From positions 448,001 through 512,000 of the forward strand of contig CAWDVR010000004.1 of assembly GCA_963805975.1 (NCBI GenBank): a stretch of 64,000 bases of DNA, read 5' to 3'. The first letter of the stretch is position 1, and each line of letters begins with the position of its first letter. Of this stretch, positions 45,704 to 55,575 are shown one piece after another. The notes below the pieces were generated by a model. It made no database searches. It had not been told where the DNA came from and saw only the letters and a list, made by a program, of their open reading frames with translations. The stretch is from an uncultured Acidobacteriota bacterium. Lineage in GTDB: Bacteria > Acidobacteriota > Thermoanaerobaculia > Multivoradales > SZUA-115. The position numbers and the translations under genes were made by a program.

Positions 45704-46240
45704 ATGCGACGACGGACAACGACTTCGGTCTTCCTGGTACTGCTCTGCCCGATCCTGTGTCCGCCCAGGCACGCTGCGGCCGAAGACCTGAACCTCGCGA
45801 CTTTTGCCGGTGTCTTCAACTTCGGCGACCGCCACACCGGCCCCGGCCACACCGCGGATCCCGAAGCGGGATTCGAGGTCCACTGGGGGGAGAGGGAGAT
45901 CGGCCGTTTACCGGGCCACCTTCCCTTGCGACCCATCCTGGGCCTCACCGCCACCACCCATGGCAGCTACTGGGCCTTCGTGGGCATGCGCTACGAGCAC
46001 CGTCTCGACCGTCGCTGGACTCTGGCGCCGAGCGTCGCCGTCTCGTTCTACAAGCAGGGCGACGGCAAGAACCTCGGCGGCGTCGTGCAATTCCGCTCGG
46101 CGTTCGAGGTGTCCTATCGGCTGGGCGAGCGCTGGCGGCTCGGTGCGATGGTGCACCACCTGTCGAACGCGGGCATCTACCACCCGAACCCGGGCAGCGA
46201 GTCCCTGCTCCTGACGATGACCATGCCGCTCGGCCGCTGA
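45704..46240 (+). CDS. PagL-like lipid A deacylase / acyloxyacyl hydrolase (outer-membrane barrel)
   Basis: Signal peptide; QFRS.FEVSY and HLSNAGIY.PNPG catalytic motif. Confidence 0.8.
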   Translation: MRRRTTTSVFLVLLCPILCPPRHAAAEDLNLATFAGVFNFGDRHTGPGHTADPEAGFEVHWGEREIGRLPGHLPLRPILGLTATTHGSYWAFVGMRYEHRLDRRWTLAPSVAVSFYKQGDGKNLGGVVQFRSAFEVSYRLGERWRLGAMVHHLSNAGIYHPNPGSESLLLTMTMPLGR

Positions 46241-46305
46241 AGCACAGGCCCTGAGACCTCTCGGGCCTCCTGCTCGTGCTAACCTCCGGCGGGAAAGGAG
46301 TGTCG

Positions 46306-46578
46306 ATGGCGGTCGATCCGGAGCTGCTCGAGATCCTCGTCTGTCCCAAGAGCCGCGGCACGCTGGAGCTGGTGGAGCTGCCCCGGCCAGTCGCGGCCTC
46401 GCTGGTCGAGAAGTACCGGGAGCACTTCCGCGACGAGCAGCCGGTGGTCGACCACGGGCTCTTCTGTCGCGAGTCCGCGCTCGTCTACCCGATCGTCTCC
46501 GATATCCCGATCATGCTGGTGGACGACGCGCTTCCCGCCTCGGTGCTCGATTCCGCGACCCAAGAACGAAGTGCCTGA
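46306..46578 (+). CDS. Trm112/YcaR family protein
   Basis: LLEILVCPKSRG.L...YPI...IPIMLVDDA. Confidence 0.85.
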   Translation: MAVDPELLEILVCPKSRGTLELVELPRPVAASLVEKYREHFRDEQPVVDHGLFCRESALVYPIVSDIPIMLVDDALPASVLDSATQERSA

Positions 46579-47806
46579 AGCGGGAGCGCTGCCGCCCGCC
46601 AGCGCTCCCGGTGCCGGAGTCGCGGACGACAGCGGCTTTCGCGGCCGGGGCCGGCGTCTCGGCCTGACGCTCTTCGCTCTCCATCTCCTGTTCGTCTTCT
46701 GGCTCGCGCTCTCGAACGTCCTCTTGGGGCTGGCGCTCCTCGCCTCGCCCTGGACGGCGCGGCTGCGCGACGTGCTGCGCCCCGGCGCGAGCCCTCTGCT
46801 CGCGGCCCTGGCGGCGTACGTGGTGCTCCTCGCGGCCTCGGTGATCGCCTCGACCGATCCGCCGACCAGCGCCCGGGCGCTGTCCGAGATCTTCAGCCTC
46901 TCCACCCTGCTCCTCGCCCTGGCGGTGATCCGCGGCGCGCCCGAGGCCCGGCGGCTGGTGGACGGGGTGATCCTCGTGGCGGTGGGGATCGCCGGCTACG
47001 GCCTGTTCCAGTTTCTGATCGGCTACGGCGACATCGACAACCGCATCCGCGGCCCGCTGTCGCACTACATGACCTTCTCCGGCGTGCTGCTGATCGCCGA
47101 CCTGCTGCTCTTCGCGCGCCTGTCGCATGCCCAAGGCTGGCGCAACCTCTGGAGCTGGGGGGCGGCGGTGGTGCTCAACGTGGCGTTGCTGGGCAGCCTG
47201 ACGCGAAGCGCCTGGGTGGCGCTCGCGGTAGCGCTCGCCGTCCTGGTGCTGGTGAGGGCGCCGCGGCTGCTGCTGCTGGCGCCGATCGCGGCGCTGGTGT
47301 TCCTGCTCCTGGCGCCGACGCCCGTGCTGCACCGCGTCCGCTCGATCGTCGATCTGACGGACGACTCCAACTACGACCGCATCTGCATGGCCCGCGCCGG
47401 GGTGACGATGGTCGCCGAGCGGCCCCTCTTCGGCATCGGCCCGGACCTGGTGAAGACCCGCTATCCGCTCTATCGCCACTCGACGGCCCCGCGCTACACG
47501 GTGCCGCACCTGCACAACAGCTTCCTCCAGCTCGCCGCCGAGCGCGGCCTGCCGGCCCTCGCCGCCTACCTCGCGCTGATGCTGGCCGCCCTGCGCTTCG
47601 CGCTCGCCCGCTTCCGCGCCGGGGGGGGCATGGCGGGTGCCCACGCCGACCTCTACCTCGGGGCGCTCCTCGCCCTGGTCGGCTTCAACCTGGCCGGCCT
47701 GTTCGAGAACAACTGGGGCGACAGGGAGGTGCAGCGCATGGCCCTCTTCGTGCTGGCGCTGCCGTACGTGGCCGGAAGCGACGGCGAGGCGGTCCGGGCC
47801 ACCTGA
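46571..47806 (+). CDS. O-antigen ligase family membrane protein
   Basis: Multi-TM, SLTRSAW, PLFGIGP, HLHNSFLQLAAERG. Confidence 0.85.
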   Translation: MPEAGALPPASAPGAGVADDSGFRGRGRRLGLTLFALHLLFVFWLALSNVLLGLALLASPWTARLRDVLRPGASPLLAALAAYVVLLAASVIASTDPPTSARALSEIFSLSTLLLALAVIRGAPEARRLVDGVILVAVGIAGYGLFQFLIGYGDIDNRIRGPLSHYMTFSGVLLIADLLLFARLSHAQGWRNLWSWGAAVVLNVALLGSLTRSAWVALAVALAVLVLVRAPRLLLLAPIAALVFLLLAPTPVLHRVRSIVDLTDDSNYDRICMARAGVTMVAERPLFGIGPDLVKTRYPLYRHSTAPRYTVPHLHNSFLQLAAERGLPALAAYLALMLAALRFALARFRAGGGMAGAHADLYLGALLALVGFNLAGLFENNWGDREVQRMALFVLALPYVAGSDGEAVRAT

Positions 47807-47895
47807 CGGCGGGGCCTCGGCGTCTTCCCGGCCGGCGCTCGGCGCCGAGGCCGAAAGAAAGCGTTTCGCTATACTGCCGGCGGGTCGAGATCGCG

Positions 47896-49887
47896 ATGGA
47901 AGCCACACCTCTCCTCGACCGAATCGGCGGCCCGCCGGACTTGCGCCGGTTGAAACCCGCGCAGCTTCCGACGGTGGCCAAGGAGCTGCGCGAGGCGATC
48001 CTGCGGGTGGTCTCGCGCACCGGCGGCTACCTGTCCTCGAACCTCGGCACCGTCGAGCTGACGATCGCGCTGCACTACGCCTTCGACACGCCGCGCGATC
48101 TCCTGGTCTGGGACGTCGGCCATCAGACCTACTCGCACAAGATCCTGACCGGCCGCCGCGACCGCATGGAGACGCTGCGCCGCTACGGCGGCCTCTCCGG
48201 CTTCCTGTCGCGCGAGGAGAGCGAGTACGACGTGCTCGAGGCCGGGCATGCCTCGACCTCGATCTCGGCGGCGCTCGGGCTCGCCATCGCGCGCGACCTC
48301 AAAGGCAGCAAGCACCACGTGGTGGCGATCATCGGCGACGGCGCCATGACCGCCGGCATGGCTTTCGAGGCCATGAACCAGGTGGGCCACCTGGGCAAGC
48401 GGCTGATCGTGGTGCTGAACGACAACTCGATGTCGATCGCCCCCTCCGTGGGAGCCCTCACCCGCTACCTCAACGAGCTGATGGCCGGCCGGCACTACGC
48501 CAAGCTCAAGGACGACGTGAAGCGCGTGCTGCAAAAGGTGCCGGCGGTGGGGGAGCAGGTGCTGGAGGTGGCGCGCGCTCTCGAGGAGGGAGTGCGCAAG
48601 ACCTTCGCGCCGGGCAGCCTCTTCGAGGAGCTGGGCCTGCGCTACCTGGGACCGGTCAACGGTCATTCCTTCGACAGCCTGCTCGCCGCGCTGGAGGAAG
48701 CCAAGGCGGTCGACGGCGCGGTGCTGATCCACGTCATCACCCAGCAGGGCAAGGGCTACCGTCTGGCCGAGGACCGGCCCATGGCCTATCACGGCCCGAG
48801 CCCTTTCGATTTGAAGAAGGGCATCGAGGCCGAGCCGGGCCTCGCTTCCGTGGGCGCGGCTCCTGGCGGCACGGCCCCCGGCAGCGCGCCCCCGGCGAGC
48901 GCCGCGCGGCCCGGCGCCACTTACACCGAGATCTTCGGCGAGGCCCTGTTGCGCCTGGCCGACCGCGACTCACGGATCGTCGCGATCACCGCCTCGATGC
49001 CGGACGGCACGGGTCTCGCGCCGTTCGCCGAGCAGCACCCCAAGCGCTTCCTCAACACCGGCATCGCCGAGCAGCACAGCGTGACGCTCGCGGCCGGCCT
49101 GGCGCTGGGCGGCCTGCGCCCGGTGGTGGCGATCTACTCGACCTTCCTCCAGCGCGGTTTCGACCAGATCTTCCACGACGTCTGCCTGATGAACCTGCCG
49201 GTGACCTTCGCCCTCGATCACGCCGGGCTGGTGGGCGAGGACGGGCCGCGCCACCACGGGGTCTTCGATCTCGCCTACCTGCGCACCCTGCCCAACATGG
49301 TGGTGATGGCGCCCAAGGACGAGGACGAGCTGGTGCGCATGCTGGCGACCGCGATCGAGCTCGACCATCCGGCCGCCTTGCGCTATCCCAAGGGCGCCGG
49401 ACCCGGAGCGGCCGTCGACTACGCGGCCTCACCTCTGCCGCCGGGCAAGGCCGAGGTGCTGCGCCGGGGCCGCGACGGGGTGGTGTGGGCGCTCGGCGCC
49501 ACGGTGACGCCGACGCTCGCGGCCGCCCTCCGGCTGGCCAAGGACGGCGTCGAGCTGACGGTGGTCAACGCCCGCTTCGTCAAGCCCCTCGACCGCGAGC
49601 TCCTGGCGAGCCAGTTGGCGGTCGGCGGCCGGTTGGCGACGGTCGAGGAGCACGCGCTCGCGGGCGGCTTCGGCAGTGCCGTGCTCGAGGCCGTGTCCGA
49701 GATCGGCCTCGAAGGTGTGGAGACCCTCGCTCTCGGCATTCCGGACCGCTTCGTGCCGCAGGGCTCGCAGCGCGTGCTGCGCCAGGCGCTGGGGCTCGAC
49801 GCCGAGGGCATCTACTTCCGCCTGCGCCAGTTCTTTCCCCAGACCTCCTTCGGCTTCGACCGCGGCTCCGGCCGCCGGCCGGGCTAG
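47896..49887 (+). CDS. dxs: 1-deoxy-D-xylulose-5-phosphate synthase (divergent active site)
   Basis: WDVGHQ.Y.HKILTGR, GDGAMT.G...LNDN, GIAEQH, YSTFLQR; dxs-tlyA-nadK synteny. Confidence 0.9.
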   Translation: MEATPLLDRIGGPPDLRRLKPAQLPTVAKELREAILRVVSRTGGYLSSNLGTVELTIALHYAFDTPRDLLVWDVGHQTYSHKILTGRRDRMETLRRYGGLSGFLSREESEYDVLEAGHASTSISAALGLAIARDLKGSKHHVVAIIGDGAMTAGMAFEAMNQVGHLGKRLIVVLNDNSMSIAPSVGALTRYLNELMAGRHYAKLKDDVKRVLQKVPAVGEQVLEVARALEEGVRKTFAPGSLFEELGLRYLGPVNGHSFDSLLAALEEAKAVDGAVLIHVITQQGKGYRLAEDRPMAYHGPSPFDLKKGIEAEPGLASVGAAPGGTAPGSAPPASAARPGATYTEIFGEALLRLADRDSRIVAITASMPDGTGLAPFAEQHPKRFLNTGIAEQHSVTLAAGLALGGLRPVVAIYSTFLQRGFDQIFHDVCLMNLPVTFALDHAGLVGEDGPRHHGVFDLAYLRTLPNMVVMAPKDEDELVRMLATAIELDHPAALRYPKGAGPGAAVDYAASPLPPGKAEVLRRGRDGVVWALGATVTPTLAAALRLAKDGVELTVVNARFVKPLDRELLASQLAVGGRLATVEEHALAGGFGSAVLEAVSEIGLEGVETLALGIPDRFVPQGSQRVLRQALGLDAEGIYFRLRQFFPQTSFGFDRGSGRRPG

Positions 49888-49907
49888 GAACGAGCCTGAT
49901 TCCTCCC

Positions 49908-50693
49908 ATGCGCCTCGACCAGCTGCTCGTCGAACGAGGTCTCTTCGCCAGCCGCGAGCAGGCGCGGCGCGCGGTGATGGCGGGCACGGTCGAGGTCGAC
50001 GGGCGCCGGGTGGACAAGCCGGGCACACCGGTCCGCGGCGAGGTGGCGCTGAAGCTGGCGGCGGCCCGCGAGCCCTTCGCCTCGCGCGCCGGGCGCAAGC
50101 TGGCCGGGGCGCTCGACCACTTCGAGGCCCTCCACTCCGAGCTCGGGCCGGGAGGCCTCGCGCCGCTGGTCGCCGGGCGGGTCTGCCTCGACGTCGGCGC
50201 CTCGACCGGCGGTTTCACGGACTGCCTGCTGCAGCGCGGCGCCACCCGCGTCTACGCCGTCGACGTGGGCTACGGCCAGCTCGACCAGCGCCTGCGCAAC
50301 GACCCGCGAGTGGTGGTGATGGAGCGCATCAACGCCCGCTACCTCGCGCCCGGCGACCTGCCCGAGCCCTGCGGGCTCGCCACGGTGGACGTTTCCTTCA
50401 TCTCGCTTTCGAAGCTGGTGCCGGCACTTCTCGCGTTGCTCGCGCCGGGCGCCTTCCTGCTGGCGCTCGTCAAGCCGCAGTTCGAGGCCGGCCGGGGCGC
50501 AGTGGGCAAGGGCGGCATCCTGCGCCGCGAGGAGGTACGCCGGCGTGTCGTGGAGGAGACGGCGGCGGGGCTCGCGGCGCTCGGCCTCGAGGCCTGGGGC
50601 CTGGTCGACTCGGAGGTGGCCGGCGTGGGTGGCAACCGCGAGGCCTTCGCCCTGCTGCGCAAACCGGCTGCCGCCACTGAGGAGGGCTCATGA
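49908..50693 (+). CDS. tlyA: TlyA rRNA 2'-O-methyltransferase
   Basis: ATG 49908 MRLDQLLVERGL (S4), LDVGASTGGFTD, DVSFISL, LVKPQFE, GNRE. Confidence 0.93.
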   Translation: MRLDQLLVERGLFASREQARRAVMAGTVEVDGRRVDKPGTPVRGEVALKLAAAREPFASRAGRKLAGALDHFEALHSELGPGGLAPLVAGRVCLDVGASTGGFTDCLLQRGATRVYAVDVGYGQLDQRLRNDPRVVVMERINARYLAPGDLPEPCGLATVDVSFISLSKLVPALLALLAPGAFLLALVKPQFEAGRGAVGKGGILRREEVRRRVVEETAAGLAALGLEAWGLVDSEVAGVGGNREAFALLRKPAAATEEGS

Positions 50694-51559
50694 AGCGGGT
50701 CGTGCGGATGGGTGTGGTGTCGCGGGCCGACAGCTCGGACTCGATCGAGATGGCCCACGAGCTGGCGCAGTGGCTCGAGCGGCGCGGGCGCTCGGTGGCG
50801 CTCGACGAGGCGACGGCGCGGGCCTGCGGTTTCGGGGGCGCGATCTACAGCGCGAGCGGCGAGTACGACATGGTGGTCGTCCTGGGGGGCGACGGCACGC
50901 TTCTTGCCACTGCCAGGAACCTTGCCGGACAGGTTCCCATCCTCGGCGTCAATCTCGGCCGGATGGGTTTCCTGACCGAGCTCAAGCGAGGGGAGCTCTA
51001 TCGCGTGCTGGGCAAGATCCTGAACGGTGAGTACGGCCTCGAGGAGCGTTCGCTCCTGGCCGTCGAGCTCGAGCACGCCGGCGGCGGCAGCGAGGCCTTC
51101 CGGGCGCTCAACGACGCGGTGGTGGCGAAGACGGCGGTGGCGAAGATCATCGAGCTGGCGGTGCGGATCGACGGCCAGCCGGCGGCGAGCTTCCGCGGCG
51201 ACGGCCTGATCCTCTCGACCCCCACCGGCTCGACGGCCTACAACCTCTCGGCCGGCGGCCCGATCGTCGACCCTTCGCTGCCGGTCGTGGTGCTGACCCC
51301 CATCTGCCCGCACTCGCTCTCTATGCGCCCCCTGGTGGTCCCCGACACGCGACGGCTGGAGGTCGAGCTCGCCAGCCGCCGCGAGGAGGACGTCTACCTC
51401 GCGATCGACGGCCAGGAGAAGACCAGCCTGAGCTTCGGCGACGTGGTGCGGGTCACCCACTGCCCGGAGAAGGTGCGGCTGGTCAAGGCGAGCGGCAGAA
51501 CCTTCCACCACAACCTCCGCGAGAAGCTGCGCTGGGGTGGGCTGGACGACGCGGTCTGA
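50690..51559 (+). CDS. nadK: NAD kinase
   Basis: GGDGTLL, GFL, LND, DGLILSTPTGSTAYNLSAGGP. Confidence 0.95.
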   Translation: MKRVVRMGVVSRADSSDSIEMAHELAQWLERRGRSVALDEATARACGFGGAIYSASGEYDMVVVLGGDGTLLATARNLAGQVPILGVNLGRMGFLTELKRGELYRVLGKILNGEYGLEERSLLAVELEHAGGGSEAFRALNDAVVAKTAVAKIIELAVRIDGQPAASFRGDGLILSTPTGSTAYNLSAGGPIVDPSLPVVVLTPICPHSLSMRPLVVPDTRRLEVELASRREEDVYLAIDGQEKTSLSFGDVVRVTHCPEKVRLVKASGRTFHHNLREKLRWGGLDDAV

Positions 51560-54500
51560 TGGGGGAGCGCAAGCGTCCCGGCCGGCTCCGGCGGTGGGTG
51601 GTGCGGCCGATGGTCTGGGGCGCAGCCGGTCTGCTGCTCCTCCTGGCCTTCGCGGCCTGGTACGTCAATACCGCCGCCATGGCCGAGCGCCTGCGCGTCT
51701 TCGTGGTGGCCCGCGCCAGCGAGGCCCTGGGGCGCCCGGTCGAGATCGGCCAGGTGTCGGTCGACCTCTGGCCGCCGGGGATCGAGGCCCGGAACGTGGT
51801 GCTGCCGGGGCCTTTCCCCGGCGACCGCCCGGTGGCCGAGGTTCCGGCCCTGCGGCTCGACGCCTCGCTCACCGGCTTCAGGGAGCCGGTCCTCCGCCTG
51901 CGGCGGCTGTGGCTCGACCGGCCGCGTTTCTACCTCGAGGTCGCCGCCGACGGCTCGCTCAACCTGCCGCTGCCAGAGAGCTCGGGCCAGGGGGGCGGCA
52001 ACCTCCAGGTGGTGATCGGCGACCTGATCGTCGAGGACGGCCGCTTCGACCTGAACGAGGTCTCGGTGCCCGTCTCGCTCACCGCCCGGGGCGTCCTGGC
52101 CTCGGTCCACGGCACGCGGAGCGGCCGGGAGGAAGGCCCCGGCACGGACGGCATCGAAGGCCGGGTGGAGGTCGCGGAGGTGGCCCTGACCCTGCCCAAG
52201 GGCCGGGCCTACCCCCTCACCTTCGAGGCGTTCCTCGACATCGACCCCGGCGTGGTCGCGTTCCGCGACGCGCGGCTCTCGGGGCCCAACCTCGAGGCCA
52301 CGAGCGCGGGTGCCTACACCTTCAGGAGCGGCGAGAAGCTGCTCACGGTCGAGGTCCAGGCGCGAGGCGACGCGGCCGTGCTCACCGACCTGGGATACCT
52401 CGCACCGGGCGAGCTCACGGGGCCGTTCGACTTCACCGGCGCCCTCGACTGGAACGCCGGCGAGTGGCTGCTGGCGGGCAATCTCGGCTCCGAGCGGCTG
52501 GTGGCACCGCCGCGCGAGATCCTGGGAGTGGCGGCCGGCGTGCGCGGCACCAAGGACTCGATCGAGCTCGATCTGCTCTCCGCGAGCTACGCCGGCGGGC
52601 GGCTCTCGGGGCCGATCTCGATCGGGCTCTCCGGCGGCTCGACCTCCGCCAGCTCGACTCCTGTCGGGCTGGCGCTCGAGGCCCGCGGCCTCTCCGCGGG
52701 CCGGATCTTCGCCGACCTGGGCCTCGACCTCCCCATGCTGGCGAGCGACGTCTCCGGCCGGGTGACCTACCGTTTCGAGGCCGAGGAGCCGCTCGAGGGC
52801 TCGGGCTCCGCCGACCTCCTGGTCTCCGCGGCCGGCGGCGACAGCCCTACGACCCTGCCGCTCTCCGGTCCGGCGCACCTTGAGGTCAGCTCGGGGAACC
52901 TCTCCGGCACAGGTATCCGGCTCTCGGCGCCGGGGCAGGAGGTCACGATCTCGGACCTGGCAGTCGATCTCTCGACCGGCGACGGCGGCTTCGCGTTCGA
53001 CGTCACGTCGCTCGACATCGGGCGCCTGGGGCCGCTCCTCCCGGTGTCGAAGCCCGGCGAGCCGCCGGAGCTCTGGCTGCCCACCGCCGGCAACGGCCGG
53101 CTGTTCGGTGACCTTTCCTTCGGCAAGGCCGGGGGCGTCGCGGCCACGATCCAGCTCGATCTCGATCGGCTGGTGGCTCCCGGCGGGCGGGCCGACCACC
53201 TGAACGGCACGATCCAGCTCACCGAGCGGGCGGTCGAGAACCTCGATTTGGTTCTCTCGCGTGGCGCGGCCGGGACTCTCGTCCGTGGCGCGGCGAGCCT
53301 CACCCTCCAAGGCCGGGTGCCCTTCGAGGAGCCGGACGATCCTTTGGCCCTGGCCATCGAGGCCCGCGGCTGGCCGCTCGAGGAGGTGAAGCCCTTCGTG
53401 CCGGTGGACCTGCCGCTCTCCGGCCCGGTCACCGGCACCCTGTCGCTCACCGGCACCGCCGACGCCCTGAGCGGCGAGATCACCGCCAGCCTGCAGCCGG
53501 CCGAGGTGGCCGGCTTCGCGGCCGACGAGCTGGCGGTCGAGATGCGGTTCGGGCCCGAGGTCGTGGACTTCGAGGCGGCGCGCCTGACGTTTCCCGCCGG
53601 CGTCGTCCGGGGCGCGGGCCGCATCGGTCTCGGCCCTGGCCAGCCGATGGACATCACCCTCGAGTCGCCGGCCCTGGCGCTCGACCAGGAGCCGTTCTTC
53701 AGCCTGCTCGGCGGCCGCCTCTCGGGCACCGGGGTGCTCGCGGGGCGCTTCGAGGGCACGCTCGACGAGCCCAGGGCCGCGCTCACCTTTGAGGTGCCGC
53801 AGCTCGACGCGGAAGCCCATGCCTTCGGTACCGCGGCGGTGGATGCACGCTGGGAGAACGGGCGGCTCACGGCCAGCGCCCACCTGGCGGATCTCCTCAC
53901 CGTCGAGGGCGGTGGCGTGCTCGACGCCGAGCGGGCGGACATGAAGTTCGCGGTCCGCGCGGGGGACCTCTCGACCCTGCTCCTCGCCTTCGCCGGCCAG
54001 CCGCTGCCGGGCCTCGAGGGACGGTTCGCCGGCGAGGTCACGGTGGCGGGCAGCCTGTCCAACCCGGACGTCCGCGTCGTGCTCCCCGAGGTCCAGGCCA
54101 CCGTGTCCGGCCTGGCGCTCAGCAACCTCGAGCCCGTCGAGGCCCGCATCACCAGCCGGGAGATCGAGATCCGGTCCTTCTACCTCGGCAATCGCGAGGC
54201 GGGTACCTCGACCGAGGGCTCGGAGGTCTTCGTGGGCGGGACGATCGGGCTGGGAGACGAGGGCGAGGCCGCCGGCGCTCTCGACCTCAACGTCCAGGGC
54301 TCGCTGCCGGCGAAATGGCTGGAGCCCTTCCTGCCCGACGTGCGGCTCGCCGGCACGCTCAACGCCCTGGGATCGATCGGCGGCACGGTCTCCGCTCCGC
54401 GCCTCGACGGGCAGGCCGACTTCGCCGACGGCCGGGTCATCGTCTCCGGCTTCCCGCACGCCCTGGACGACCTCGAGGCCGTGGTCTTCGTCTACCCCGA

Positions 54501-55575
54501 CCGGCTGGTGATCGACACCGTGACCGGCCGGCTCGCCGGTGGCACGCTCAGGGCCTCGGGTGACGTGGGCCTGGGCGCCAAGCCGTTCGAGGACTACGAG
54601 CTCCAGGCGCGGATCGACAACGTCCGCCTGCGCTACCCGGAGGGTTGGACAGTCGAGGCGGACGCCCTGCTGACTCTCGAGCCCACGCCGGGCGGCCAGA
54701 TCATCCAGGGCACGGTGAACCTCGAGCGCGCCGCCTACCTCGAGGATCTGAAGCTCTCCCTCTTCGAGCTCCTGGCGGGGTTCCTGCGGCGCCAGCGGGT
54801 GGAGGTGGCGCTCGCCGACTCGGCCCTCTCCGCCATCGAGCTCAACATCAACGTCTCCGGGCCGGGCGCGCTCGAGATCAACAACAACGTCGCCGACCTC
54901 GACGGCTCGGTGGCGCTCGACGTGCGCGGCACCCTGGCGCGACCGGTGCCGGTGGGGCAGGTGGAGCTCGACCCCGGGGGCCAGCTGGTCTACGGCGAGA
55001 ACGAGTACGAGGTGGAGCGGGGCCTGCTGACCTTCTCGAGCCTCGACCGCATCGACCCCGAGATCTACCTGGTGGCGAGCTCGCGGGTGCGCGAGTACCA
55101 GATCACGCTCAACCTGACGGGAACGCTCGAGAAGCTGAACGCCACCTTCGCCTCGGACCCGCCGCTGCCCAACCTGGACGTGATCGCGCTGCTCACCACC
55201 GGCGAACAGCTCCAGAGCGAGGCGGCGGGTGCCTCGACCGGCGTCGGACCGGGCGGCGCCGAGGCTTTTCTCTACAACCAGCTCGGTAGCGCCCTCTCCG
55301 GCCGCGTCAAGAGCCTGTTCCGTTTCGACAAGTTCCGCATCGATCCGCTCGCCGCCTCGGGAGGCTCGGTGGACTCGGCGCGGGTCCTGGTAGGCAAGCA
55401 GATCTCGCGCGACCTCTTCGTCACCTACCAGACGGGCCTGTCGAGCAACGACGAGTACCTGGTGCAGGCGGAGTGGCGAGTGGCACCCGGCCTCACCGTC
55501 GTGCTCTCCGCCCGCCAGGGCCAGCAGGCGGACGACCACTTTGCGGTGGATCTGCGATGGGAGAAGCGTTTTTGA
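51559..55575 (+). CDS. tamB: TamB/AsmA-like translocation and assembly module protein
   Basis: N-terminal anchor, long beta-taco-like repeats, DUF490-like C-terminus (SDPPL...VGKQI); adjacent Omp85 gene. Confidence 0.8.
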   Translation: MGERKRPGRLRRWVVRPMVWGAAGLLLLLAFAAWYVNTAAMAERLRVFVVARASEALGRPVEIGQVSVDLWPPGIEARNVVLPGPFPGDRPVAEVPALRLDASLTGFREPVLRLRRLWLDRPRFYLEVAADGSLNLPLPESSGQGGGNLQVVIGDLIVEDGRFDLNEVSVPVSLTARGVLASVHGTRSGREEGPGTDGIEGRVEVAEVALTLPKGRAYPLTFEAFLDIDPGVVAFRDARLSGPNLEATSAGAYTFRSGEKLLTVEVQARGDAAVLTDLGYLAPGELTGPFDFTGALDWNAGEWLLAGNLGSERLVAPPREILGVAAGVRGTKDSIELDLLSASYAGGRLSGPISIGLSGGSTSASSTPVGLALEARGLSAGRIFADLGLDLPMLASDVSGRVTYRFEAEEPLEGSGSADLLVSAAGGDSPTTLPLSGPAHLEVSSGNLSGTGIRLSAPGQEVTISDLAVDLSTGDGGFAFDVTSLDIGRLGPLLPVSKPGEPPELWLPTAGNGRLFGDLSFGKAGGVAATIQLDLDRLVAPGGRADHLNGTIQLTERAVENLDLVLSRGAAGTLVRGAASLTLQGRVPFEEPDDPLALAIEARGWPLEEVKPFVPVDLPLSGPVTGTLSLTGTADALSGEITASLQPAEVAGFAADELAVEMRFGPEVVDFEAARLTFPAGVVRGAGRIGLGPGQPMDITLESPALALDQEPFFSLLGGRLSGTGVLAGRFEGTLDEPRAALTFEVPQLDAEAHAFGTAAVDARWENGRLTASAHLADLLTVEGGGVLDAERADMKFAVRAGDLSTLLLAFAGQPLPGLEGRFAGEVTVAGSLSNPDVRVVLPEVQATVSGLALSNLEPVEARITSREIEIRSFYLGNREAGTSTEGSEVFVGGTIGLGDEGEAAGALDLNVQGSLPAKWLEPFLPDVRLAGTLNALGSIGGTVSAPRLDGQADFADGRVIVSGFPHALDDLEAVVFVYPDRLVIDTVTGRLAGGTLRASGDVGLGAKPFEDYELQARIDNVRLRYPEGWTVEADALLTLEPTPGGQIIQGTVNLERAAYLEDLKLSLFELLAGFLRRQRVEVALADSALSAIELNINVSGPGALEINNNVADLDGSVALDVRGTLARPVPVGQVELDPGGQLVYGENEYEVERGLLTFSSLDRIDPEIYLVASSRVREYQITLNLTGTLEKLNATFASDPPLPNLDVIALLTTGEQLQSEAAGASTGVGPGGAEAFLYNQLGSALSGRVKSLFRFDKFRIDPLAASGGSVDSARVLVGKQISRDLFVTYQTGLSSNDEYLVQAEWRVAPGLTVVLSARQGQQADDHFAVDLRWEKRF

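Noticed and set aside
47637-50693. 1018-aa ORF suggesting a large TlyA fusion
   Set aside because: The upstream part is an off-frame overlap of dxs; TlyA homology begins at ATG 49908.
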